Shown: positions 11,379 to 23,862, counted from the first letter of the stretch. The stretch is 60,000 bases of DNA from Lama guanicoe (GCA_013239625.1 MU054187.1:560001-620000), one strand, 5' to 3'. Notes: generated by a model from the sequence alone, not told the origin. Numbers and translations are program-made.

Positions 11379-13299
11379 ATGGTCACCTGGCAGCCAGGCT
11401 GGCCCCCGAGGGTGTGCACACCCCAGTAGGTGAATGCGGATCCTGTAGCCTGGGGCTGGAATTTCTCGGCAGGGCTGGCTGTGTCCATGCCTGAGTCGCT
11501 GTGGCCAGGCCAGCCAAGGTCACCCCCTGTGTGGCCAGCGTGTGGAGTGCCCCTAGCAGTGTGCCTCGGGGAGAGCTGGAGGCTCCAGTCCGCTGTGCCC
11601 CTTCTCCCAAGACGTCCTGCGCTGGAGGGTGAGGGGTGAATCCGTTCAGTGGATGTAAGGGTCGGATAGGGCGCAGAACATACACAGAACATTTTCAGCT
11701 GAAATTGTTAATATTTACGTGTTGGCCATGACAATTAGGATATGGGAATATTGAGGAAGCAAACGTTAAAAATGCCCCATCAGCTTCTGTGCCTCTTTGC
11801 AAAGGAGGCGCTGTCACACGCCGAAGCTCCCACCCTGGAGAACCTCTCTCCAGGGACTGTTTCCCTCTGACTAAGATGCGCTGTGGGTGCCTCACTGCTC
11901 ACTGGCTACACCTCCGCCACTGCGATGTCATTTTTAGGTCCCACCCGCCGGAGCTGCGGCCTGAGTGGGAACACGGGAGGACTGCAGGAAGTGCTGGAAA
12001 CCGGGAAGCGCTGGGAGCCGGGGGAGGGCTCTGGGGCGGGGACGCCAGCCAGGGGGCCACACTAGTCACACCTCCCACGTCATTCTGCCTCCTTTGAGTA
12101 AAACCTTGTCCGGTAACAGGTCCGCGTGCAGGGGCAGCGCCAGTGTCCTGGTCCCACTGGGTGCCCGAGACTGAGCAGCGCAGTCCTGACCCCGCGGCTC
12201 CTTGGACGGGGCAGGTCCCACCGGCCCTCACCGGCCGGGGGCAGAAGACGGGGTAAAGAGCAGGATACATGCCAAAGCCCTCAAGATCGGGGACGTGTGT
12301 CCCCTGTGCTAACGCAGTTGCACATGCAAGCGGTCGGGTGGGGTGTGGGGTCCGGTCTTGGGCCCCCAGACGCCAGGGCTCTGCAGCCACCTCACCTCGG
12401 GGGCCCCACGCTGACCCAGCGTCTCCCCCCTGCTGCCTGCTGCTCGTTCCCAGGGAGCAGGGCGCACAGGCTGGAGTTCTCACCGAGAACTGTGATCCCA
12501 ACGGAAATGCTGCCTGGCCTAGTACGTTCCTCAGCAAACTTTTAAGTTATTGTTTTAAGAGATCAGGTTAATGAGCTAAAAAGTTCTCATTTTTTGATGA
12601 TTTTATTGTAACCCAACAGAGCACTTAAAATCACAACATCGTTCTCAAGAGGGAAGTCCCACAGTGAGGTTGCCCAGGCCGGCTGGTTTTGGTTTCAGCT
12701 GTGGGCTGTCCAGTCCCGCTGTCGGACGGTCCCCAGCTGCGCCTTCCTGCCGGCCGGCAGCCTGTCTGGGACACCTCTGCCCATCTTCCTGCTGCTGGCT
12801 GGGCGGGCAGCCACGATCGCAGGGGAGACTCTGCCCGAGGGGGCCTCCCATCGGTCTCTCCGGCCGGCTGGGGCTCCGCTGGACGTGGGTGGTGGTGTCG
12901 GGCAGGCTGCTGCGGGCCTCGTCTCAGCAGAGGCCACGATGGGAGAGCTGTCCTTGAGGACTCTGGGCTCTCTCTTCACTGGCCAGGATCTAAAACGGCT
13001 CCTTCCCCGAAGCATGGCGACAGCAGAGAAGATTCAGGGGAAGATTTGCCTCTGAGGCCCGGCAGTCGACGAGGAGCCACTGCCTGGGTCCAGCCAGCTC
13101 TGCCTGGCTCTGCGCTGCGGTCCCCCGGATGCAGGCTGACGAGAGATGCTCATCTAGTCTGGCGCGGAGGGCCGAGTGAGAGGTGTGCGCACAGACCGCC
13201 TGCCTCGGGGCGTTGCACGGCGACATCCCGCACCGTCCCTCACGCACTGCCCTTTCCTTCAGGTTCTGCCCTCCTGGGGACCTGCGGTCCTGCCGACCA

Positions 13300-13478
13300 T
13301 GCTACAGCTGTGGTCACTACTGCCTTCAGCCCAGAGTGGAAGTCTCCACCTGCTCCCCAGCCCCTGCCCCTGCACACGCTCGTCCACGAGTTGACTTTCT
13401 GCGTGTTCTTCTGAGATTCCACACCTCAGTGACGCCATGCGGTGTTGGATTTCTCTGTCTGGCTTACTTCACTTACTT
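13300..13478 (-). mobile_element. L1 3'-region fragment
   Basis: GAGATTCCACACCTCAGTGACGCCATGCGGTGTTGGATTTCTCTGTCTGGCTTACTTCACTT is the antisense of the L1 ORF2-end/3'UTR. Confidence 0.75.
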
Positions 13479-14344
13479 TTCTTAAAGTCCTTTTCCCAAG
13501 AACACAAACTGTTCTTTGAAAGTTAGGGGTTTCCGTGCATGAGAACAGGTTTTCGAGGCCCTGTAGGAGAGCGTAGTTTCCATTCTATGCCTTGTGATGG
13601 TGTTTGGAGCGGGCGGCTTGTACGTTGGGGTGTCTGCGTGGGTGGTGAGCAGGCGGCTGGTGAAGGGGGCACCTGGGGTCGGTGGGCGTGTAGACCCTTG
13701 GCCTCCAGGGCACTGCTCCCAGCCCCTCCTCCTGCTGCCCGGGCTCTCTCAGGGGTCACCTTCTCCCGGGACATTTCTGGGGAGCAGGCTTCTAGCTGGC
13801 CCCTGTAGGACGAAGGGTGTCACACGCTCCCGGGAGCTGGCTTGGTGAGCCCTCACACACTTCCACCCAGGGCATCCATCCAGCTTATTATTATTACAAA
13901 CACCTAGTAGTCATTTTCAGTAGCTGAGAGTTGAGTCTGACTAAGAAATTTACCAAAAAGTGTGCAGCTGAAGCCGACACCAGCTGGGCTCACGTTGAGG
14001 AGAATCGTTGGCTTGTCTGCTGATTTTTCGCACCTTCTCTAAAGGACATTATCAAGTAGTCGAACTCTAATTCCCATGAAGATGAAAGACCACTCTGAAA
14101 TCCATCCGAAGGGATCACTTAACAGAACGGCTGGGCACGCAGGCGCCACACATGACGCCACACTGGTTCCCTGGACGTGTACGTCACTTCCAGCAGGATC
14201 TGATTCCTGTGACTGGACTGCTGACCAAGGCAGAACCCAGCAGGTCAGGGAGGGGAGGCCCTGCTGGGTGCTCGGCCTGGACGCACGCGCCGTCCCGCCT
14301 GCTCCCGACAGGTGAGTGGTGCTGTCTTCCCAGGGTGGGGAGAG

Positions 14345-14425
14345 GTGTGCAGGGACGTTAACCTGTGTCACCCCGAGGTCACACAGCTACTGATCAGAAG
14401 TGGGTGTGAAACAGGTCTGAGAGTG
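14345..14425 (-). mobile_element. MIR fragment
   Basis: GTTAACCTGTGTCACCCCGAGGTCACACAGCTA...GAAACAGGTCTG resembles the antisense MIR core. Confidence 0.5.
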
Positions 14426-15274
14426 ACGCTCAGGGAGCGCGGTGTCCCAGTCCTACGCTTCTCAAGCTCACGAGCTTCTGCTTCCAGGAGGGGCCTTTAC
14501 CTCCCGAGCCCCAGACGCCTCGGCTGTGGGTCCTCCCCTCACACGGACTCTGCCGTGGTTCTTTGCAGTCACTCCAGAAAGTTCTGGGACGATGTTTAGC
14601 TGCCACTCACTATGGAACTTAAAACAAAGAGTGGCCCCTGCAAACTGGGGGCCAGGGGCCGCGAGGACCACCCAGCTGGCACAGTCCACGTGTCACCACT
14701 CTTTCTAGGCCCCTCTGGGGCGTGACCGCGGTTCCTGCCGCCCAGGGCTGTCATTTCCTTATGTTCTTGTCTAGTTTCTTCAGCTCAGACTGGTATTTCT
14801 CACCCCAGCACGTCCTGATTTAGCCGCCAGCCCCTGGCCGGTTGGCGGTTCCACGGGATGGCGGCTCAGGTCCATGCTCCCGTGTCGGGCGCCCGCTGTC
14901 GGCATCTCTGCTCGGAACCACGCACCGACTCACGGTGAGCAAGCATGTCCCCACCAAGGCCGTGACCGTCCCACAGCTTTATAACAAGCCTCACAGTGAT
15001 TACAAGAGCCCCGTGAGCAGCGGGCCAAGAGGACAGAGCAGAGTTTTCAAAGTTGTTTATTTTCAATAAACAGAAAACTCTTCCAACACAACTTCAGTGG
15101 AAGCCAGTGTATCAACCAGATAACAGAACTGCTGTGCGCTGCGCGTTTTGGATGAAGGCCTGGAGCCTTCCTTGTTGGCCGTCCTTTTGCCTCCTACAAC
15201 GGACGCCTTTGTACACTCCCTGCAGATGTCACAGGGCTTCAGCAGACACCACTTTAAAACTGTCACCCCCATGG

Positions 15275-15492
15275 AAGCAGTTCTGGGAAGGCAAATGAGA
15301 ACCTCCAAAGATCCACTCCGTCGTAAAAGCAGCAAGAACGCTGGGGGAGATGCAAAATCAGCCTTTCCCGGACTCTGGCGATTATCCAAAGGATTACAAC
15401 AATCCACGGGGTGTTTATTCAAGAAAAGTGGCTGAATTTCAGCAAAAACAGTGAGCTTTGCGGCGTTTTAACTTGGCCTATTCCACTCCCCC
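15275..15492 (+). mobile_element. Old L1M (L1MC/L1MD-like) 5'UTR fragment
   Basis: CCAAAGATCCACTCC...GTGTTTATTCAAGAAAAGTGGCTGAATTTCAGCAAAAACAGTGAGCTTTG...TTTAACTTG resembles the ancestral L1M 5' region. Confidence 0.6.
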
Positions 15493-15892
15493 TGTATTAG
15501 TGTCTCATTGCTGCTGTAACAAATGATCACGTACTGAGTGTCTTAAAGCAGCGCAAACTTGTCCCCGCATGTTTCTGCAGCTCAGAAGCGTGACCTGGAT
15601 CTCACGGGGCTACAGTCAAGATGATGGCAAATGCACTTCCCCCGGGGAGGGCCTGGGGGACAGTCTGTGCCCCTCCTTCAGGCTTCTAAGCTGCCTCACC
15701 CCTTGGCCCCAGCCCCTTCCAACCTCAACGCCAACAGCGCAGGCTGAGTTGTTCCTCCGTCACAGCACAAGCTTCTCCTTTACCCTCATCCACTTTTAAG
15801 ACCCCAGGGATCACCCTGGGCCACACAGACAATCAGAATCATCTTTTTTAAGGGCAGCTAATTGGCAAGCTCAACTCCATCTGCGAACTTTA
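15493..15892 (-). mobile_element. MaLR LTR (MLT1D-like)
   Basis: Begins TGTATTAG...TTGCTGCTGTAACAAAT (antisense MLT1 3' end) and includes CCACTTTTAAGACCC and AACTCCATCTGC motifs. Confidence 0.8.
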
Positions 15893-15919
15893 TACGTATA
15901 TGAACATATAATAATGTAC

Positions 15920-16115
15920 ATTTAAATACAGATATTCAAGGAACTGAAGGAAGCCACACTTCAGAATTAGAAGAAAATATGAGGGTGTCATTTCACCAAA
16001 AGAGGAACATCAAGAAGGAAATAGAAATTTGTTTTTAACGAAAGAAGTCTTGGGTTTGAAATGCAGAACCAGTAAAATGAAACATTAACAGGAAAGGCCC
16101 AGGTGAGAAAATTCC
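15920..16115 (+). mobile_element. L1 ORF1 fragment
   Basis: A-rich ATATTCAAGGAACTGAAGGAA...GAACATCAAGAAGGAAATAGAAAT...TTGAAATG...AAAATGAAAC, typical of the ORF1 coiled-coil region. Confidence 0.55.
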
Positions 16116-16124
16116 AGGTGATCA

Positions 16125-17555
16125 AAGCCGGAATCATCTGACAAGAGGTCGACTTCCAAAATACACAGAGAACTCACACAGCTCGACCTCAAAGCACAAA
16201 CAGCTCGATTAAAGACGGGCAGAAGGCCTGAGCAGAAATTTTTGCCAAAAAAGACATACAGATGGCCTACGGGCACATGAAAGATGGTGAACATCTCTGA
16301 TTATTAGGAACACGCAAGTCAAAACCACAACGAGGTATCACCTCCCGCCTGTCAAACTGGCTGTCATCAAAAGGTCCGCGAGCAGCACGTGAGGTGAGGA
16401 CGTGGGGACGAGGGGGCCCGTGTGCACTGCTGGGGGGAATGTGAACAGGAGCAGCCACCGTGGAAAGCAGCATGGAGGGTCCTAAAACTAAAGATAGACC
16501 AGCCATACAATCCAGCAACCCCACTCCTGAGTGTTTATCCAAAGAACTCACTGAAACACTAATTCAAAAATGAACACGCACCCCTGTGTTCACCGCAGCA
16601 TTCCTTACAACAGCCGAGACGTGGGAGCAGCCTGAGTGTCCTGTAATCAGACGACTGGATAAAGATGCTGTGGTGCATGCAGACACTGGAATATTACTCA
16701 GCCATAAAAAGAGCTAAATCTTGCCATATGTGACAACACGGATGGACCTAGAGGGCATTCTGCTAAGTGAAATAAGTCAGACAGAGAAAGACAAACACTA
16801 CGATTTTGCTTATACGTGGAATCTAAAAAACAAAACCAATTGACAAGCCTAACTAAACAGAAACAGTCATAGATACAGAGGACAAGCAGGTGTCTGCCGG
16901 AGGGGAGGGGAGTCGGGGAGGGGAGAAAATAGGAGGGGGAGATTCAGAGGCACAGACTTGAGGTTGCAAGAGACGGGTCGTGGTGTGACGTGTACGTGTG
17001 GGGAAAACAGTCGACAAACACGCACTGTCCCTGCGTGGTGACGAACAGTGACTGGACCTGTGGTGGCACCCACGCTAAAATGCACAGAAACGCTAGGTCC
17101 CTGTTGTGTAACTGGAACTAACAGTGCTGTGGGTCAGTTATACCTCAGGAACAGAAGCAGTCAAGTAAACTCACAGAAAAAGAGATCGGATCTGTGGTTC
17201 CCAGAGGGGAGGTGGGCAGAGAGGGAACTGGATGAAGGTGGTCAAGATGCGCCAACTTCCAGTCGCAAGGTCAGTAAGTGCTAGGGACGCAACGTGTGAC
17301 GTGATGAGCAGTTAACACTGCTGTGCCTCGCACACGAGAAGTGTTCAAGGGAGTGAATTTGAAGGGTTCTCATCGTGAGGGGAATTCTTTTCTGTTTCTT
17401 TTATTTCCTGTCCATATGAGATGATGGGTGTTCTCTGAACTCACCGTGGTCCTCGTTTCCTGATGATCGTGAGTCGTCAGGATGCTGTGCACCTTGACCT
17501 TACCAGGGCTGCACGTCGGTTATGGCTCAACGCAGCTGGAAGAAAGAAAGAACTG
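16125..17555 (+). mobile_element. 5'-truncated L1: ORF2 C-terminus plus long laurasiatherian-type 3'UTR
   Basis: Contains CATCTGACAAGAGG...AAAGACATACAGATGGCC...CCAGCAACCCCACTCCTG...GGATGGACCTAGAGGGCATTCTGCTAAGTGAAATAAGTCAGACAGAGAAAGACAAA and ends in an A-rich run at ~17540-17555. Confidence 0.9.
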
Positions 17556-17564
17556 AAAAGGCAG

Positions 17565-17830
17565 CAAGGAAGAGGAGAGGGCACAGACGCACAGGCAGGA
17601 GGGGTGCCGTGTGATGCTGGGGCGGACGCTGGAACAGCACAGCTATGGCCCAGGAAGGCCTAGGGCTGCTGGGATCCACCGGAAACTAGAAGGAGGCCAG
17701 GAAAGGTTCTTCCCTCGAGGCCCCAGAGGGGCATGGCCCTGGTGACACCTTGATCTGGACGTGTGGTCTTCAGACTGTGAGAGGCCAAGACTGAGGTCAT
17801 CTGCCGTGGCCGCCCTGGGAAACTGATGCG
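17565..17830 (+). mobile_element. MaLR LTR fragment (MLT1B/C-like)
   Basis: CCACCGGAAACTAGAAGGAGGCCAGGAAAGGTTCTTCCCTCGAG...GCATGGCCCTGGTGACACCTTGAT...CAGACTGTGAGAG...GGAAACTGAT. Confidence 0.8.
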
Positions 17831-17934
17831 GAAAGTAAGACGCTCACCTCGTCCTCGCTCAGCTGGAAACGGACCCAGTGAGAGTTCCACTTGGCTGGAC
17901 GACGATGCCACCGTTTGGTCAAGTTTCCTCTAGT

Positions 17935-18085
17935 TGTTGCTGTGAAAGGTTTTTAAAATACGATTAACGTGCCAATCAGTCAACTCTGAGTAAAGCAAAT
18001 GACCCTCTGGGGGTGGGTGGGCCTCGTGCCATCAGTTGAAGGCCTGGAAAGCAAAGCCTGAGGTTCCCCCAAGGAAGGAGCAATC
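17935..18085 (+). mobile_element. ERVL LTR fragment (MLT2-like)
   Basis: GATTAACGTGCCAATCAGTCAACTCTGAGTAAAGCAAATGACCCTC...GGGTGGGCCTC...ATCAGTTGAAGGCCT...CTGAGGTTCCCC. Confidence 0.75.
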
Positions 18086-18361
18086 AGCAATCACAACTTT
18101 TAACCCTTCGACGGCGGCTCTGTTTCCTAGTGAGCTGTCCCTGTTGCGTGCACACAATGACACTAACCCAACAGCGTCCCTACCGGAGCTGCAAGCTTAG
18201 CTGATTAAACCCAGGGCATACTTTCGTGTGTACATATATTCCCCAGAGACAGAACCAACAGAAAATACCTTCCCAGAAGATTGTCTCAAAGAAGAACTCC
18301 AGGAATTCTTTTCCAACCTGAAACCTCTGGACCACTGCCCATATTTTCCATGAAATGTGTT

Positions 18362-18566
18362 TCTTTTTTTTATTTATAGAAGTACAGCTGATTTACAATG
18401 TAGTGTCAGTTTCTGGTGCGCAGCGCAGTGATCCAGCTGTACACGCACATATGTGTTCCTTTCCATGTTCTTTCCCATTAGAACTATGCAAGGTGTTGAA
18501 TACGGTTCCCTGTGCTGTGCAGGAGGTCCTTGCTGTTTATCTATTTTATGTCTAGTAGTTAGTATT
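18362..18566 (-). mobile_element. L1 3'-end fragment (artiodactyl type) with poly-T tail
   Basis: TTTT...GAAGTACAGCTGATTTACAATG...GTTCCCTGTGCTGTGCAG...TTTATCTATTTT. Confidence 0.85.
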
Positions 18567-18819
18567 TCTTTTTCAATATGACTCACTGAAACAGGAAGAA
18601 GGTTGGATATTAATCCGTCTATTAACACCTTGTAGAATTATTCTCAGCCAAGGCTGGCTGCTGTTTCTCCTTCTGACCAAGAGGACGTGCGCCTGCCTTG
18701 GGGCTTGCACGTTCTAGTGGAATCTGGGGACGTGGGGAGGGATGGCACCTTAGCTCCTCAGAACAGAGTAACCCCCAGGGCACGTGCAGAGCGTTTTAAT
18801 GAGCCCTCACTCTGTGGAG

Positions 18820-18960
18820 TCGTAATCCTCAAAGGCCAGTGTCACAGGACCCACCAGAGGGCCTCGTTAAAAACGTGGGTCCCAGGACGCCACCCCGAGA
18901 TTACAGTTCTCGTCGTCTGCTAAGATGTCCTGGAAGTCGTGCTTTGCAGAAGCACCACAC
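18820..18960. mobile_element. Possible MER5-like (hAT-Charlie) MITE remnant
   Basis: CCTCAAAG...CACCAGAGGGCCTCGTTAAAAAC...CCACCCCGAGATT...TGCTTTGCAGAAGCACC loosely follows the MER5 layout. Confidence 0.35.
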
Positions 18961-20479
18961 ACGCGTGTCGCAGGTGGTGACACCTCGCTCCGGGGGACGC
19001 GTTGGCGGGGCTGAGGGCAGGGAGGCTAGGCGGGCAGTGAGGGCGAGCGTCCGCCCAGGAAGACGTCTTCTGATTTCTGTGGTGAGGAGAAGAGGCCTTG
19101 CAAGAGTGTGGCTTAAAGTAGAATTTCAAGAAAGTTCCTCAGCTGGTAACTTTGCAAAGCAAAAGAATTAGAAAAAAAAGTAACTCCTCTGAATTGACTC
19201 GGCGTCCAGGTCTGTTCCTTGCAGGTTGGCCGAGAGACAGAGGGTCACCGGCTGCCCCCGCCCCCCGCCCGCCAGCGTTGCCTCGGGGCCCCTGGGGGTG
19301 GGGTCCTAAACCCACCAGCTGCTCACGGCACAGGGCCCACCTCATGTGGCCTTGAGACCCTGACGGCAGCTCCTCGGCGAAGCTCTGGGGGGCACGGTGC
19401 CGCCCAGCAGTGGGGGGGCTGCTGGGACCCCTCATCCTGACTGGGCTCAGGCCTGGGGGGTTCTGAAGCTGCGTTTCCCCCTCATTGGTCTTAGTTCTAG
19501 AATCAACGTTTTTCAACAACAGAGGACAAAATAGAGCAGAATGTGAAGACTACGGTACTGGGTGAAGCCAGCATTGCGGCGAGACCTCAAATCAGGATTA
19601 GTTACCATTTTTAGAAAGCAGAAAAAGGTGGATTTGATGGGAGAAGTTACTTGAGAGACTTAATTGGTTCCTTTCCTGGAACCTCTGACAAAACCTGGAG
19701 GAAATGGATGTCGGGGAGCGCGCTGGGAGCTCTGTGTGAACCGGGTGCTCCTGCGCCTGCCTGGACAGGACCGGCCCAGGCCCCGTCCCTGTGCCGGGGC
19801 GTGGGGCGCTCTGCGCCCTGGGCCCCACAGCAGCCCCTGCCTCTTCTCCTGGGGTTAGGGGTAGAGTCTTTACAGGGTGACCACCGCTGGGCTGAGCCTC
19901 CCCCCCGGCCCCCACCCCCCGGCCTCTGGACGCAGGGTGAGAGGCTGCTCCTTTGAGGGGCCCAGGGCTGGGCGGGGGGGGGCTCTCCTTGTTGCAATAA
20001 TGCTTTGCTCACAGCCAGCATCTTGGGGCGGGGCAGAGCCCAGATGTGAGAATGATTCATATAAAAGGGGGTCAGGCCGGGGCCGGTTCCCGTGGGATCC
20101 CTGCGTCTCATGGGAAAGTGCGGGAGTGCGGTCCAGCAGGGCCAGGCCACCGTCTGGGCTCGGCCCGAGCGGGCAGGCAGCAGGGCCTGCAAGGAGCTGC
20201 CAGCCTCGAGGTCCAGCGGGTCCTCTGTCACCCTCTGATTCTGTTTTTCCAGTGAGTTAATCACCAAGAAGTCTGGAGACTTTGTACCCTCTGTTCAGTG
20301 TGTTGCAGACAGATCGCAGGTGGGCTCTGAGAACACTGTGGTGTCCACGCTTCCCGGACGACTGTGTGCTTTGAAACAAGTTTTTAACGTTGCCGTCAGC
20401 ATGTGCCATAAAACTGAGGGTGGTGGAGATTTGTTTTATATTAAATATTTTTATATTTAAAAATGCATTTTATGTTTAA

Positions 20480-20760
20480 ATTTTAACTGTTTTTTAAATG
20501 AAGTGGAGTCAGTTTACGTGGTGTCAGTTTCTGGTGCACAGCGTCGTGTTTTAGTCGTACACACACACGCAGGTGTTCGTTTTCACGTCCTTTTTCATTG
20601 CAGGTCACTGCAGGCTGTTGACCATAGTTCCCTGTGCGGCACAGCAGGACCTTGTTGTTTGTTTGTTTTATATATATGGTAGTTACTGTCTGCAGATCTT
20701 GAACCCCCGGTGAATCTCTTTCCACCGCCTTCCCCCCGTAACCACAAGTTTGTTTTCTGT
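20480..20760 (-). mobile_element. L1 3'-end fragment
   Basis: TGAAGTGGAGTCAGTTTAC...TTTCTGGTGCACAGC...ATAGTTCCCTGTGC...GTAACCACAAGTTTGTTTTCTG. Confidence 0.85.
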
Positions 20761-23759
20761 TAGCTGCTTAGTTATTAATGTGAGATTTGGAAACCTAGGT
20801 TGTAACTCTTTGAATAAAGATAATTTCCTGAGTTCCTAATTTCCAATTTGGCAGGCTTTTGTTGTAATGCCTGCATTGGCAGAAATAATAGAAGTTGATT
20901 AATTTTTAAAAAAGAAATTAAACTGATTTTGCTTTCCTCTAAAAGGCTCAGGATGATATTGAAACATGGCTTAAAATCCTCTGCACTTTAACAATAATGT
21001 TTCATCGTGAGTGGAAATCACTCGTCGGGTCTGTGGCACCTGCTGGCTTTTGTTTTGAGTTGATTTCGGCCATAAGCTAAGTGGGAAAGATCACACTGTG
21101 TCCTCTGCCTACTGTTCTGAACCCGTCTTACTGACACTCCATAAATGAAACTGGCTGGTTGGCCAATCCCGATGGAATTTACATGTAAAAGTGGCCGCAG
21201 AATCTCAGATTTCCTTTTATCTGAGTCTGGCTCCAAGGGTGAACATCCCGGGTTCAAGCCCAAGTCTGCTCTCCTTGTTTTTTGGTAACGGACTCCTCGC
21301 GTGTACAGTTAAAGCGCGAGGTATTTCTATGCTGAGGTTTTGGGGAGGGTCCTCCTGGCACTCCTGACACCCCTCGGCTCCATCCTCAGCCCCGGCCGCA
21401 CCGCAGGCCCTCGGGAATACTTGTTGGGCCCTGGACGAAACGACCGATAACTTCAGTCTGCCATCAGCCAACTGCTGCGGAAACAGGACCTGCGGGAGAG
21501 GGTGCCTGCGACTCAGGTCTGGCGGCTCTGCCCCAGCCCCCACGCCGGGGGCTGCACCAGGGACGTCGCTAGAGGAGATGCTGAACCAATCTGCATTCCT
21601 TTCCCTTAGTTAACGTGCACACGTTTGTGTGTGCACAGCTGTGCCCGTGTAACACACATGCACCATCGTGTCTGCGTGTTCCCAGTTGGGAAAGGGAGGC
21701 CGGTGGCGCCAGCGGCCGAGGCCTGCTCTCCGTCCGGCCTGGATCCTTTGGTGGAGCTTATTTCAAACCTGCTGGATGACTTGGTTACCTGAGAAACCGT
21801 TACCAAGGCTTGGGTTCCCGCTTCTGTGTTCCTACTTTTTAATGATAAAAAAAATGCTCTAAAGAAAACAGAATGGTCCGACCACCATGCTTTGTGTTTT
21901 GCGTCTGTGGACTTCTTCACCTTTCAGAAGCAGCGTTCACAGAGGACAGCTCCTGTGCATTAAAATTAATCAGGCAAGAGCCCTAGTAAGTGTCGCGTCC
22001 CTGGGTGGACTGGGCGGCGCCGGCTGGGTTCCCAGCCCATCAGCAGCGTGAGAACGCTTCCCAGGATGTCGGGGCGGGAGCCCCGCCAGGAGCACCTGCC
22101 GTGCGGCCCTGTCACCGGGCGGCTGCCCCAGGCTGTGGAACCTGCTCTCCAGGCCGCTTCCCAGCAGGTGTGGACTGTGGTTCCCACGACGCCCTGCCCG
22201 TCTGTGCGGGTGGATAATTAGTTCATGGGGTTTAATTTTGCTCCAGCACCTGCCAGGCTTTGAACTCTCACTTTCTGAAGGTCACCCAGGGACCCCAAGG
22301 CTGGGACGGGGCCTCTGCTCCTGGGACCAGACCCGTGACTGCTTCACAGACTCGCATATCAGAACGAGGGTGCTTCACACCTGACGAAACACGCTGTGGC
22401 GGGTGGAAGGCCCCTCCTGTGCTGCTCTGGGAGGGGCCACGCCCTGGGGTGGAGGCCGAGCCCATGATCCGTGCGGAGCCACCGCTGCTGGTCCGACTTC
22501 ACGGTGGCCTGGGGGTGGCGTCCTCTGTCCTCTCAAAGGCACCGAGTACGTGGAAAACTCCCCGTTTGGGGAGCAGCGTCCTCTCTTCCACACTCGCATT
22601 GCTGGGGTGGTGGGTCAGCTTGGTGCTGTGGGGCTCTGCGGGTCCAGGCTTGGAAAGGATGTGCTTCACCTCAAGAGCCCACAGTTCTGGCCGGAGGGCC
22701 GGCGTCCCCAGGAGGGTGGATGCACCGGTCCCGGGTGCATCCTTGCCGTGCACCCCAGCTGTCCTGGGAGCTGCCCTCAGGGAGGTGTGGATCGTGGCGC
22801 TTGGTGATGTGGGGTGGAGGGGCAGTGACCCCCCGACAAGCCTGTAGGACAGTGTGTGTGTCAGGAGCGGCTGAGCAGACAGCGTGGCCTGTGTGTCTGA
22901 TGAGTGGAAGTGGAGTCTCCGGTCTGTCCGGGGCGGATGTGGCCCTGACGACACAGGTCTCAGGCCTGGAGGATTCACGGCGCTGGGTGTCCCGTGTGTT
23001 TGCTGTCTTCCTCCCTCCCCCACTGAGTGTCCCACACAGCCGGGGGAGCAGTCTGAAGAACTCTTCCTCAAATAAACAAGCGTCTTGTGTCTTTTATGTA
23101 AACTCTGGACCACGGAGCCTGGGTCTACACAGGCAGGAGGGACAGGGAGACTGAGTGGGCTGAATCCACGCGGACGCTCCGTCTGCAGGCTCGTCTCTCC
23201 TCTGCTGGCCCCACGTCCGTGAGTCTGACTCTGAGGAATGGACAGACGGCCTCACTTGTCTGGCCACCTCTGTGGGCACAGCTGCCCAGGTCAGTGACCG
23301 AGCATGACTGGCAGGTGTCCTCCCCCTGCTGGGCTTGGCCCTGCTCTGGCCGCCCAGGTCAGCGTGTCCAGGGAGGTGACATGCAGCCTTGTGGGGCCAG
23401 GGCATGGGCACTCGGGCTGCTAGTGCATTGGGTTATTTTGTTTGAACTTGTGTTGGAGGCAAAAAACCCAAGTGAAAGAATGCGATGGCTCTTCAGGCCA
23501 ATATGGGCCGAAACCCTTGTTGCTTTTAGAACGTGAACCCCTCCCTTCCCCAGGCCTCCCGGGAAGGCCGAATCACTGTGTGAATTGACCAGGTCCCAAC
23601 AACGTAGCTGAAAAGCAGCCTGGAGTGCGCACCGAGCCTGCGACGCACCGAGCGTGTGGGGCTGGTCCTCGTCTTGTTTGTGCTGGGGTTTTACCAGCTG
23701 TGGCCCCGGGAGAAAAGCTGGCATTTACTGAGACCCCGGACGTCCACAAAGCGCCAGTA

Positions 23760-23862
23760 GATGAAGTGTCTGTATCTTGTTAAAATCCCAGTGGAATGGG
23801 TACTTTCCAATTTCCTGGTTCTACAGATGAAGAAGCCACGCCTAAGGGCCTTAAATGGCCGA
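23760..23862 (-). mobile_element. MIR fragment
   Basis: GGGTACTTTCCAATTTCCTGGTTCTACAGATGAAGAAGCCACGCCTAAGGGCCTTAAATGGCC resembles the antisense core TTTTACAGATGAGGAAACTGAGGC. Confidence 0.5.

Noticed and set aside
10716..11692. ORFs with QGM/CRG/PCI repeats resembling metallothionein- or keratin-associated proteins
   Set aside because: These are translations of a 9-bp minisatellite across an N gap, with no gene context.
21684..21792. Possible terminal exon encoding ...DPLVELISNLLDDLVT* after a CAG acceptor
   Set aside because: I recognised no homology, partner exons or clear nearby polyadenylation signal.
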